From Eubacteriales bacterium (GTDB taxonomy: Bacteria > Bacillota > Clostridia > Oscillospirales > CAG-382), in NCBI GenBank assembly GCA_045542335.1, contig JAZQKV010000086.1, forward strand, positions 1,478-65,477: a DNA stretch of 64,000 nucleotides, given 5' to 3'. This document shows, one piece after another, positions 34,565 to 43,700 of this stretch. The stretch's first letter is position 1; each line of letters opens with the position of its first letter. The position numbers were made by a program, and so were the translations under genes. The notes beneath the pieces are model-generated. The model was not told the DNA's origin. It saw only the letters and a list, made by a program, of their open reading frames with translations, and made no database searches.

Positions 34565-35476
34565 ATGAAGCATTTTTCTCTGTCAGACTCACTTCCCGTT
34601 TTCAAAGCTCTTGCCTGCCAGACAAGGCTCGACATATTGCGCATCATAAGCTCACGCCCGTGTACACAGAGGGACATCGCATCTTTGCTCGGTATAAGCC
34701 CTGCAATTGTGTCGGAGCATATAAAACAGCTGTGCGATGCGGGGCTTGTAAAGTTCGAGCCAATCGGCAAAGAACGCAAAAATATGTGCTTTGTCGCGGA
34801 AAGCAAATTCTTATTCACTATTGCGGGAAATTCGGGCACAAATGCAGAATCTTTTTCTTTCAAAAATAGCATTCCTGTCGGAATGTTCTCGGCACACAAG
34901 GTCAGTCCGACCTGCGGAATGGTTGGAAAACTCGATCAGCTTGTTGAAAACGACAACCCCGAAGAATTTCTGTCACCGCTTCGTGCTCAGGCTCAGCTTT
35001 TGTGGTTTGCAAAGGGCTTTGTTGAATACGAAATCCCCGTCAGAATCTCAAACCGCAGTCTTAAAAAAGTATCCTTCACCGCAGAGTTAAGCTCCGAAGC
35101 ACCTTGCTATAATGAACACTGGCAATCCGAAATTCACTTTTATCTGTGTGGCACTCACCTTGGCTCATGGCTATGCCCCGGTAACTTTGGTGAGCGTCAC
35201 GGGAATCTCACTCCGTCTTTCTGGCGCACAGGACTTGCAAGTCAATATGGAATACTCAAAACCGTGACGATTGATGATACAGGCTGTTATATTGACAGCG
35301 AAAAGATTTCCGATGTGACAATTGACATGATTGATATTTCAAGCGGAAGGTTTTCGCTTCGCTTTTCCTGCGACGAGGACTCAGCTGTCCCCGGAGGTAT
35401 TACACTTTTTGGCAAGGAATTTGGTGATCATCCGTACGACATTGAGTTTACGCAGATGTACAATCTGAAAAATTAG
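34565..35476 (+). CDS. ArsR-type winged-HTH regulator with a C-terminal domain of about 200 aa and unknown function
   Basis: The wHTH is VFKALACQTRLDILRIISSRPCTQRDIASLLGISPAIVSEHIKQLCDAGLV. I prefer the ATG at 34565 (GGAG 6 nt upstream) over the TTG at 34553. Confidence 0.75.
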   Translation: MKHFSLSDSLPVFKALACQTRLDILRIISSRPCTQRDIASLLGISPAIVSEHIKQLCDAGLVKFEPIGKERKNMCFVAESKFLFTIAGNSGTNAESFSFKNSIPVGMFSAHKVSPTCGMVGKLDQLVENDNPEEFLSPLRAQAQLLWFAKGFVEYEIPVRISNRSLKKVSFTAELSSEAPCYNEHWQSEIHFYLCGTHLGSWLCPGNFGERHGNLTPSFWRTGLASQYGILKTVTIDDTGCYIDSEKISDVTIDMIDISSGRFSLRFSCDEDSAVPGGITLFGKEFGDHPYDIEFTQMYNLKN

Positions 35477-35546
35477 TAAAACACTGCAAGCCTATGGACA
35501 GTTTGTCTGCGTGCAAAAAGTATTGTTAAATTTATGGAGGGATAAT

Positions 35547-37055
35547 GTGAATTTCAAAACTCAGATAACGGTGAACAAGGACGGAGCAATCGGCAAAATT
35601 TCACCGCTTATATACGGCTCTTTTATTGAGCATACGGGCAGATGCGTTTACGACGGCGTTTATGCGCCGGGTACACCTGCGGCAGATGAGCGTGGTTTTA
35701 ACACAAATCTTATAAAGGAATGTAAATCCATGCGGCTTCCCCTTGTACGCTATCCCGGCGGAAGCTTTATATCCACATGGAACTGGGAAGATGCAATAGG
35801 TCCGAAGTCCGGGCGAAAAAAGGTGCTGAATCTCCCATGGGGCGAAATGGAACCGTCGGAATTCGGCATAGGCGAAGCTTATGAATGGGCAAAGGACGTG
35901 GGCTGTGAGCTCATGATATGCTTAAATCTTGCCACGGGCACAATCACGGACGCTCTGCATCTGCTTGAATACTGCAACTTTCCCGGCGGTACATATTACA
36001 GCGACCTGCGCCGCTCCCACGGTTACGAAGAGCCTTTCGGCATAAAGTATTTCAGCATGGGTAACGAGCCTGACGGCTGGTGGCAGATAAATCTTGAAAC
36101 CGCCGAGCGCTATGCCCACATTTCCGCTGAATGTGCAAAGGCAATGAAAATGCTTGACCCAAAAATTGAAACAATCTGCTGTACGGGGATTATGGGTGGC
36201 GATTGGACAGAGGAAACACTCCGCTGCGGCTATAAATTCTATGACCACATTTCATGGCACTCATACATTGCCAACAAGGAGAACAATTTTGCGTACTATA
36301 TGGCAAAAACACGCAAGTACGAAAGCTCAATCCGGAAGGTATGCAAGCTTGCCGACGACATAGGTGCCGAGCTTGGCTTTGAAAAAAAACTCATGGTTTC
36401 AGTAGACGAGTGGAATGTGTGGTATCATAGTCTTGACGCAGACAAAAAGCTTGCAAGGTGGCAGCTCGCCCCCCACAGACTCGAGGATATTTACAACATG
36501 GAGGATGCGCTTGCGGTTGGCGAATATCTCCTTACATTTATGCGTTGCTGTGACAGAGTTTCAATAGGCTGTATGGCACAGCTTGTAAACGTAATCGCAC
36601 CGTTTTTTACGGACAAGGACGGCAATGTTCTGCATCAGAGCATATTTTATCCTTACCGTGATGCCTGCGTTTACGGCAGAGGCACGGCGATAAAGCCGGA
36701 AATAGTCTGTCCGACCTTTGATGCTACGGCAGGCGAAAGCGAAATAAAGGGGCTTCCGCTTATTGATTGCATGGTGACCTCCGACGGTGAGGATTGGAGA
36801 AGCACGGTATCCGTGTTTATCATCAACTTCTCCGAAAATGACAGCACCGATTGCGTCATAACCCTCTCCGACGAAGCACACCTTAAAATCGTCCGTACCG
36901 CAGAGCTTTATAACGAAGACATCAAGGCAGAAAACAGCTTTGAAAATCCAACAAAGGTATCGGAAACTGAGCTTGAATGTACCCTTTCCGGTAATGTGCT
37001 TTCCACGGTGTTAAAACCACATTCGTGGAATATGATAGTTCTCGAAAGGGCATAA
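35547..37055 (+). CDS. Alpha-L-arabinofuranosidase, glycoside hydrolase family 51
   Basis: Motifs are ISPLIYGSFIEHTGRCVYDGVY, RYPGGSFISTWNWEDAIGP, MGNEPDG (acid/base Glu) and VDEWNVWY (nucleophile Glu). I prefer the GTG at 35547 with GGAGGG 5 nt upstream over the upstream GTG at 35511. Confidence 0.88.
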   Translation: MNFKTQITVNKDGAIGKISPLIYGSFIEHTGRCVYDGVYAPGTPAADERGFNTNLIKECKSMRLPLVRYPGGSFISTWNWEDAIGPKSGRKKVLNLPWGEMEPSEFGIGEAYEWAKDVGCELMICLNLATGTITDALHLLEYCNFPGGTYYSDLRRSHGYEEPFGIKYFSMGNEPDGWWQINLETAERYAHISAECAKAMKMLDPKIETICCTGIMGGDWTEETLRCGYKFYDHISWHSYIANKENNFAYYMAKTRKYESSIRKVCKLADDIGAELGFEKKLMVSVDEWNVWYHSLDADKKLARWQLAPHRLEDIYNMEDALAVGEYLLTFMRCCDRVSIGCMAQLVNVIAPFFTDKDGNVLHQSIFYPYRDACVYGRGTAIKPEIVCPTFDATAGESEIKGLPLIDCMVTSDGEDWRSTVSVFIINFSENDSTDCVITLSDEAHLKIVRTAELYNEDIKAENSFENPTKVSETELECTLSGNVLSTVLKPHSWNMIVLERA

Positions 37056-37068
37056 AAGGAGTTTAGCC

Positions 37069-37383
37069 ATGAATTATACCGGACTAATAACAGGTCTTTT
37101 TGCGTTTGTCATAATCGGACTTTTCCACCCGCTTGTAATCTACGGAGAATACTATTTCGGTGTAAAATGCTGGTGGGGATTTGCCGTTGCGGGAGCTATA
37201 CTTGCGGTGTCTGCTCTCTTTGTCAAAAGCTTTATTGCATCCTCTCTGCTCGGAATTACGGGATTCTCCTGCTTTTGGAGTATCCATGAGCTTTTTCAAC
37301 AGCAAAAGAGAGTTGAAAAGGGGTGGTTTCCGAAGCGTGACAAGAGTGAAAACGTTTCACAAAGCAAAAACAACGCCCACTAA
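37069..37383 (+). CDS. Small integral membrane protein (3 TM helices, DUF4491-like)
   Basis: The protein is 104 aa and hydrophobic. The RBS GGAG lies 7 nt upstream. The family label is from memory only. Confidence 0.6.
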   Translation: MNYTGLITGLFAFVIIGLFHPLVIYGEYYFGVKCWWGFAVAGAILAVSALFVKSFIASSLLGITGFSCFWSIHELFQQQKRVEKGWFPKRDKSENVSQSKNNAH

Positions 37384-37612
37384 AAATAAAGGACGATCTC
37401 ATGAAAAGACACTTATTTGTCGTTGCAGGCTTTTTGCTTGCTTTTTCTGCGTATTGTTTTCGCCGTTGTTGCGGTGTCGCATTATTACGCCTTTATCTTT
37501 AAAATAAAAACCGTTCCGGGACAAAAAGCGAAAAACGGCAGTGGCGAAACGAAAGACAAAGAATCCTGAAAACGTGCCTTTGACGCACTCGACATCACCT
37601 CACCAATACAAA

Positions 37613-37657
37613 AAGACAACCTCGAATCATTTTACGATCCGAGGTTGTCTTATATTT
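37613..37657. terminator. Bidirectional rho-independent terminator
   Basis: AAGACAACCTCG / CGAGGTTGTCTT forms a 12-bp stem followed by ATATTT, between convergent genes. Confidence 0.75.
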
Positions 37658-37664
37658 ATGTGTC

Positions 37665-38474
37665 TTACATTTCCGAAAGCTTTTTCAATGCCGCATATGC
37701 TCTTTCGTAATACTGCTTTGCAGAGAAACCGTAGTATGTGCCAAGGTCTGCCCTCACACTTGCCTCTATCATAAGCACGCCTTTGTAGTCAACGCTTCTT
37801 ATATCACGCATGACTCTCTCAAAGTCTATCGCTCCGTCGAGAGGAAGCATATGGCAATCTCCGTGGATAATCGGCACTTTTGTGTAGCTTGCACCGTAGT
37901 TGTCGTGGATATGTGTGCAGCAAAGCTTGTCTCCGTAAAGAGGAATAAAACGCATACCCGGTGTGCAGATTGACTCATGTCCCGTGTCAAAGCAAAAGCC
38001 AATGTTTTCGTTTTTGAATTCCTCCATAACAAGACCGAGAATTTCTGGATACTCAAGGTTTTCAAAGCAAACCTTTACACCACAGTTTGTGGCAGTATCT
38101 ATAATACGTTTGAAACGTTCCAGACCTATAACGCTTCCCACAGGCTCTGGTGCACCTGCCGTAGGATGCACAATAATATGCTTTATACCGAGCTTTCCCG
38201 CTTCTCTTGCACAGTTCATGATACGTTCTGTGTATTCATCTCCGGCGCTGCCTTCAAGCCATACGCAGTTGAAGCCTGCAAAAGGTGCGTGAAAGTTGTC
38301 TATTTCAATGCCGTATTTTTCGCAAAGTCTTGCTCTCTCGCAGTTATCATACTTTTCATCCCAACCAAAAAATGTAGCCTCAAAGCCTGCATCTGCAATT
38401 GCGGAAATGTTCTGCTCAAGAGTGAGCTCCTCATTGAAGCCTCCCGAGAGGCATATTCCAAGCTTATTTTTCAT
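37665..38474 (-). CDS. Xylose isomerase-like TIM-barrel protein (sugar phosphate isomerase/epimerase family), paralog 2
   Basis: Motifs are HIIVHP, CFENLE, GFCFDTGHE and THIHDN. The RBS GGGAGG overlaps the end of the upstream paralog. Confidence 0.75.
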   Translation of the reverse strand: MKNKLGICLSGGFNEELTLEQNISAIADAGFEATFFGWDEKYDNCERARLCEKYGIEIDNFHAPFAGFNCVWLEGSAGDEYTERIMNCAREAGKLGIKHIIVHPTAGAPEPVGSVIGLERFKRIIDTATNCGVKVCFENLEYPEILGLVMEEFKNENIGFCFDTGHESICTPGMRFIPLYGDKLCCTHIHDNYGASYTKVPIIHGDCHMLPLDGAIDFERVMRDIRSVDYKGVLMIEASVRADLGTYYGFSAKQYYERAYAALKKLSEM

Positions 38475-38489
38475 CTTTATATACCTCCC

Positions 38490-39308
38490 TTAATTCTTTC
38501 CGTCGCAAAGCTCACGAAGTTTGAGTGCCGATTCATACGCCTTCTTGTAGAATTGCTCGGGAGTATAACCCTTATAGAAATCATAGTCCTTGCGGTTTGC
38601 AACCTCAAGCATGAGCGTACCCTCAAAGCCTGTTGCCTTTATGCCACGGCACACCTCTGAAAAATCAATGTTTCCGTCAAAGGGAATACGGTGGAGATCG
38701 TCACGGTAATCCATGTCTTTTGTGGGGGCAATACCAAGGTTGTCATGTATGTGCGTGCAGAAAAGTCTGTCGCCAAAAAGGGGAAGATACTTAATTCCGG
38801 GAGAATAGCAGTGCTCGTGTCCCACGTCATAGCAGAATCCCACATTTGGGCTGTCCTTAAACTCGTCCATAACAAGAGCAAGATGTCTTACAAACTCAAG
38901 GTTTTCAAACGCAAGCTTAACACCAAGCTTTTGTGCCTCATGCACAATCTTTCCGAATCTTACAATTCCGAGATTTGAAACAAGAGGAGCTCTGTTTGTA
39001 CAGGTGGTGTGTACGACAACATATGGAATTCCGTATTCCGCCGCAACCCATACGCAACGTCTCAATCTTTCCGTGTATCTGTCGCCTATCTCCCCCTCGT
39101 TCCATATTTCGCTTACAACATCAAACGGGGAATGAAGTGTCTCGATCTCGATGCCGAGTTCATGTGCCCTGGCGGAAAACGCCTTTGCATCTACGTTGTC
39201 GTCCCATAAGTAAAATGTCTTTGTAAACCCTGCCTCGGCAATAAGCCCCATGTTTTCAAGTGCGCTGTTGCCGAGCAATGCACATGTAATACAGCCTAAA
39301 TCTCTCAT
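38490..39308 (-). CDS. Xylose isomerase-like TIM-barrel protein (sugar phosphate isomerase/epimerase family), paralog 1
   Basis: Motifs are YVVVHT, AFENLE, GFCYDVGHE and THIHDN. The start is either the ATG at 39308 (MRDLG, AAAGGA 9 nt upstream) or the ATG at 39326. Confidence 0.75.
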   Translation of the reverse strand: MRDLGCITCALLGNSALENMGLIAEAGFTKTFYLWDDNVDAKAFSARAHELGIEIETLHSPFDVVSEIWNEGEIGDRYTERLRRCVWVAAEYGIPYVVVHTTCTNRAPLVSNLGIVRFGKIVHEAQKLGVKLAFENLEFVRHLALVMDEFKDSPNVGFCYDVGHEHCYSPGIKYLPLFGDRLFCTHIHDNLGIAPTKDMDYRDDLHRIPFDGNIDFSEVCRGIKATGFEGTLMLEVANRKDYDFYKGYTPEQFYKKAYESALKLRELCDGKN

Positions 39309-39364
39309 TTTTCCATATCCTTTCATGCGTGATTTGAAAATTTCATTTTCAACAATGTGCTTAC

Positions 39365-39393
39365 ATTATACACCATGAAATCAGAAAAGTCAA
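39365..39393 (-). promoter_or_regulatory. Sigma-A promoter of the TIM-barrel pair
   Basis: The minus strand reads TTGACT-17 nt-TATAAT. Confidence 0.55.
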
Positions 39394-39508
39394 CAGATTT
39401 AAAATAAAAACAAAAAAATATCCCCTCCCATGCCAAAACTCTTTCCGGGGTTAAACGAGGACTATCCGGTCCTTTTAAATGTTTTCAACTGCTTTTCCGT
39501 TATTTTTG

Positions 39509-39537
39509 TTGACAAAAGGCTTAATGTGTGTTACAAT
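39509..39537 (+). promoter_or_regulatory. Sigma-A promoter of the BNR-propeller gene
   Basis: TTGACA-17 nt-TGTTACAAT. Confidence 0.6.
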
Positions 39538-39572
39538 GTCAAAAAGTGAATTATATCCGAGAGGTGAAACAA

Positions 39573-40667
39573 ATGAAAAAAATCGGACGCGAAGTTCTTT
39601 TTCTTCCTGTAAAACCGGGAAATCCCCGAAACGGTGAGGGTGCTTTTTTGCGGCTCAACGACGGAAGAATCATGCATTTCTACACAAAATATGACGGCAA
39701 CCGTTGGGACGACCACTGCCTTGCGGATATCGTGGCTATTTTTTCAAATGATGAAGGCGAAACCTGGGGCAATGAAAGGGTGATTGTGTCGAAGGCAGGA
39801 AAATATGGGAACAATATGTGTCCCGCACCTGTCAGAATGGCAAACGGCAACATCGGTCTTGTTTTCTGCAGTCACGACACAATCGACGGATGCATACCGC
39901 AATTTATGTATTCCGAAGACGACGGAAGCACATGGTCCGAGCCTGTCGTAATCCCCGGGAACACCGAAGAATACTATGTTCTTGAAAATCAGCACACCAT
40001 TGTGCTTTCCACAGGCAGAGTGCTTATACCTGCAAACAGGCATGAGTTTGTGACAAAACCCGACGGAACAAAAACCATATCCTACCACGGAAAAATGCTT
40101 TTCTTTGCAAGCGACGACAACGGCAGAACATGGTCTACCCTTTCGGAGGAATACGACATCCCCAACCCCGAAATGAGCGCGACGGGTCTTCAGGAGACCA
40201 TGGTTTACGAAAGACTCGACGGTTCACTCCGTGCTTTTTCAAGAACAGATATGCTCTGTCAGTATGAATCCACCTCCACAGACGGAGGAAAAACATGGTC
40301 TACTCCAAAGCCTAATAAATTCTTCTCTTCACCCGATGCCCCCATGCTTATGGGGCGTGCAGGAAACAAGCTTGTGGCTGTTTTCAATCCCATTCCAAAA
40401 TACACAAGCCGTGGAATCGGTGCCAACAGCGGACACGCCTCCGACAACTGGGGAAGAACTCCCTTTATAATTGCGGTGAGCGAGGACGACGGAAAGACAT
40501 TCCCAAGAATATATTACCTGGAAGATGACCTTACCAACGGATACTGCTATCCTGCGATTTTCGACGGAGGTAACTATATTCTCGTTTCGTACTACCATTC
40601 AGACGGTGCCGGTGTTCCGCTTCAGGCAGAAAAGATGGTAAAAATCGACTATTCCGAGCTTTCATGA
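39573..40667 (+). CDS. BNR/Asp-box repeat beta-propeller protein (sialidase-superfamily glycosidase-like), no signal peptide
   Basis: The five Asp-boxes are SNDEGETW, SEDDGSTW, SDDNGRTW, STDGGKTW and SEDDGKTF. I prefer the ATG at 39573 (MKKIGREV, RBS GAGAGGTG). Confidence 0.7.
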   Translation: MKKIGREVLFLPVKPGNPRNGEGAFLRLNDGRIMHFYTKYDGNRWDDHCLADIVAIFSNDEGETWGNERVIVSKAGKYGNNMCPAPVRMANGNIGLVFCSHDTIDGCIPQFMYSEDDGSTWSEPVVIPGNTEEYYVLENQHTIVLSTGRVLIPANRHEFVTKPDGTKTISYHGKMLFFASDDNGRTWSTLSEEYDIPNPEMSATGLQETMVYERLDGSLRAFSRTDMLCQYESTSTDGGKTWSTPKPNKFFSSPDAPMLMGRAGNKLVAVFNPIPKYTSRGIGANSGHASDNWGRTPFIIAVSEDDGKTFPRIYYLEDDLTNGYCYPAIFDGGNYILVSYYHSDGAGVPLQAEKMVKIDYSELS

Positions 40668-40688
40668 TAGAACGGCATAAAACAACAA

Positions 40689-40730
40689 GCAGAGCTGAAT
40701 CCAAAAACTGATTCAGCTCTGCTAATTTTA
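40689..40730. terminator. Bidirectional rho-independent terminator
   Basis: AGCAGAGCTGAATC / GATTCAGCTCTGCT forms a 14-bp stem followed by AATTTTA. Confidence 0.85.
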
Positions 40731-40738
40731 TGCCGTTA

Positions 40739-43700
40739 TTACTTTGTGTAAGAAATAGTCTTTACAGGGTTATAACCATGGGTCTTGTTCTGAATAAAGG
40801 TAAGGGACTTTTCACAAGTCATTGCCTTATAAAGAACTGTAATGCCGGAGGGAGGACAGATGTAGTCGCCAAGACCTGCCGTGATAGTTGTGGGAGCGGT
40901 AAGTCTCTTTGCGAAGTTTACTGTATCATAATAGATGATGCCCTCGTTGTAGGAAGGACGCCAGCCGGCAAGTCTGCCATTGTTTTCGCTTCCCACATCG
41001 CAAAGCCACGGAATCTGTATGTCAAGCTTTGTGACAACATCCTTCATGAGAGATGCAACTGCAGTTGCCTGGAAAGCCCCCATGCTTCCGCCGTAAATCT
41101 CAACGTCAACGCCGTTCCAGAGGTCTGCATATGCGCTCATAAGATAGCGCACGCCCTGACAGTCACGGAGAATCATATTTCTGAAATAGGAGTTTTCGGG
41201 GGGATTGTTGTTTGAAAAGCCGAATCCGCTGAGCTCTCCTGCCTTGAGGTCGCTGTAATAGGTTGCATCCTGTCCGTTTTCAATACCGTGGGGGTTGATG
41301 TACATTGTTATATATCCCGCCGCAGAATTGATGTAAGCGGTGTCAACGCCATAGCCCTGATACATAACTCTGAGCTTAAGGCTTTTTTCGGTCGCTCCCT
41401 GCGGAACGCTCACATAACCCGATGTGGGGCGTGAGCCGTCAACGCAAGCAACCTTTACGTCATATACGTCAAAGCCTGTGTGGCTATGACCTTCAACAAG
41501 CACGCTTTCTGTTGCAACAGGGTCAACTGCTTCAAGAAGATCAATCTGTTTTTCCCAGAAGCTGTCAAAATCTGCAGGCTCTGCATAGCTTTGTGTGATG
41601 CCGTCAAAGTCTGCACACGCACCGCCTTCAAAAATGCTGATACCTGTTCCGGAAATGACGTTCTTATCTTCATCGCAGGGATAAACCTTAAGTCTCACAT
41701 AGCCGGGCACAGAGCAGGATGCCGCAATTGTTGCCTTGCCATTTGGTGCCTCGATGTAACCTGTTTCGGAAGAACCGTCGTCTGCGGAAAGCTCATACTT
41801 AAAGAAAGGTGCGGAAATAATCTCGCCGTCGCCATAAAGCTCAATTGTGAACAACATAGGCTCACCGACAGCATACTCAAGGGGATTCTTGTCGGTATCA
41901 CCGAGGAAATAAACCTTTGTAAATGTGTCGGCAATTGATTTCTCGGGAATTTCGCTCTCTATTTCCGGCGTATAAATACTGCTTGTGGTCTTTCCAAAAT
42001 TGGACTTGATGTTTGCAAGATCATCAACGCCGATGATTCCGTCTTCGTTGATATCAGCCGCCACACGGAGATTCTTTGAGGAATTTTCGGTAAATCCGCG
42101 GAGAATTCTTATAAAGTCGTCAATGTCAACAATTCCGTCGCCCTGAAGGTCTGTGTAGCTGCCCTTGATGTCGCCGGGGATAAGCTCGATTGTTCCAAAC
42201 TCTGCGCCTTCGCTGTCTACCGTAGCTTCGCCGCAGAACTGGAGATAACCGTTCTTTGTTATGCGGTAATCATATTCGCCCTCGGGAAGCTCAAGTTCAA
42301 AGGAAATCTCGTCGCCTGTTGTGTTTGCGCTTTCAATATACTTTGAAATAACGGGAGTGGTCTTGCCCTTTTCAAACACGCTGAGGATTGCAAGATTGTT
42401 TGCATAGGGTTTGCTTTGTGCATCTCTTGTGAGAAGAATTGCTCCTGTCGGCGTGTATGTATCAACGGGAATGCCATAAGCTTCAAGCTCCCAGATTGAC
42501 ATACCGTATGTGTCGCCGACACAGCCTGCTGCAAGAATTTTTAGCCATCTTCCGGTACCACTTATCTCATATGTGTTTATACCATTTTTGGGTCCTTCAA
42601 AGGTTCCTATTGTAACAAAATTTTCTCCGTCAATGGATGTCTGTACATAGAACTTTTCAGGTCTTGCATACTCGAATACTATATTAAGACTGCTAAGCTC
42701 ATAATAGTCACCCATATCAACGCAAATCCACGGAGTGTCTATGTCATACACAGGAGAACGATACTGTGAACTCCAACGTGTACTAACATCGCCGTCAACT
42801 GCTTTATCTTTAAGGTAGCCGTCGCTTGTACTCTCGGAGCTTACCGTTACAGTCTTATTAAGTGTAACGTTTTTCGGCTCTATTGCATCACCCCATACAT
42901 ACCACTCGAAAATGGACATACTGTATTTTGTAGAACAACCAAGTGCCTGAATCTTTACATATCTGCCTGTTGCCTCAAAATCAACGTTCTGACCGTTCTT
43001 GACAACTGCATCAACCGTTGCAACAGTTTTAAAATCAGTACCGTTGTTGGAAACCTGAATTTCATATGCTGTCGGCATTGCGCTTTCCCACTCAATGCGG
43101 CTTCTTACAAGGTCATACTTCTTGCCAAGGTCAACGCAAATCCAAGGGGTTTCAATATCAAGAGTAGGCTCTCTGTATTCACCGCCCCAACGAGTTTCGA
43201 GGTTGCCGTCAACAGCATATTCCTTTTTCTGTCCATAAGCCGGTGCTTCCGAGCTTACCGTTACGGTCTTGCCCTGTGTAAGGCTTTCGTCAAGAGGTCT
43301 TGCCTTTGCATCAAAGGTAAGTGTGCGGAGTGAGTAAACTTCCTCGCCGTCAAGTGTGTAGCTTGCTCTTACGTTTACCTTTGCATCGTCCTCAACAGAG
43401 CCTGTGGGGATATTGAATGTAAAGGAGTCGGAAACGATATCCTCGCCTGTTGTGCCTGCTTCCTTGAGAGAATATGTTCTTGTTTCTGTGAAAATAACAT
43501 TTTCACCGTTTGTAACGGTAAGAGTAACGGGCAGGTCAACGATATCATGATTGTAGTCGTTTACAAGGATGATGGGATATGTGCTGTCGCCCGAAGCGAT
43601 TGAAAGGTCATATTTTGCAAGAGTGATGCCGAGAGGAGCAAAGGAACTCTTGAGTCTGTCCTTGATCATGGGACGTATCTGAGGATTGGAAAGGTCGGGC

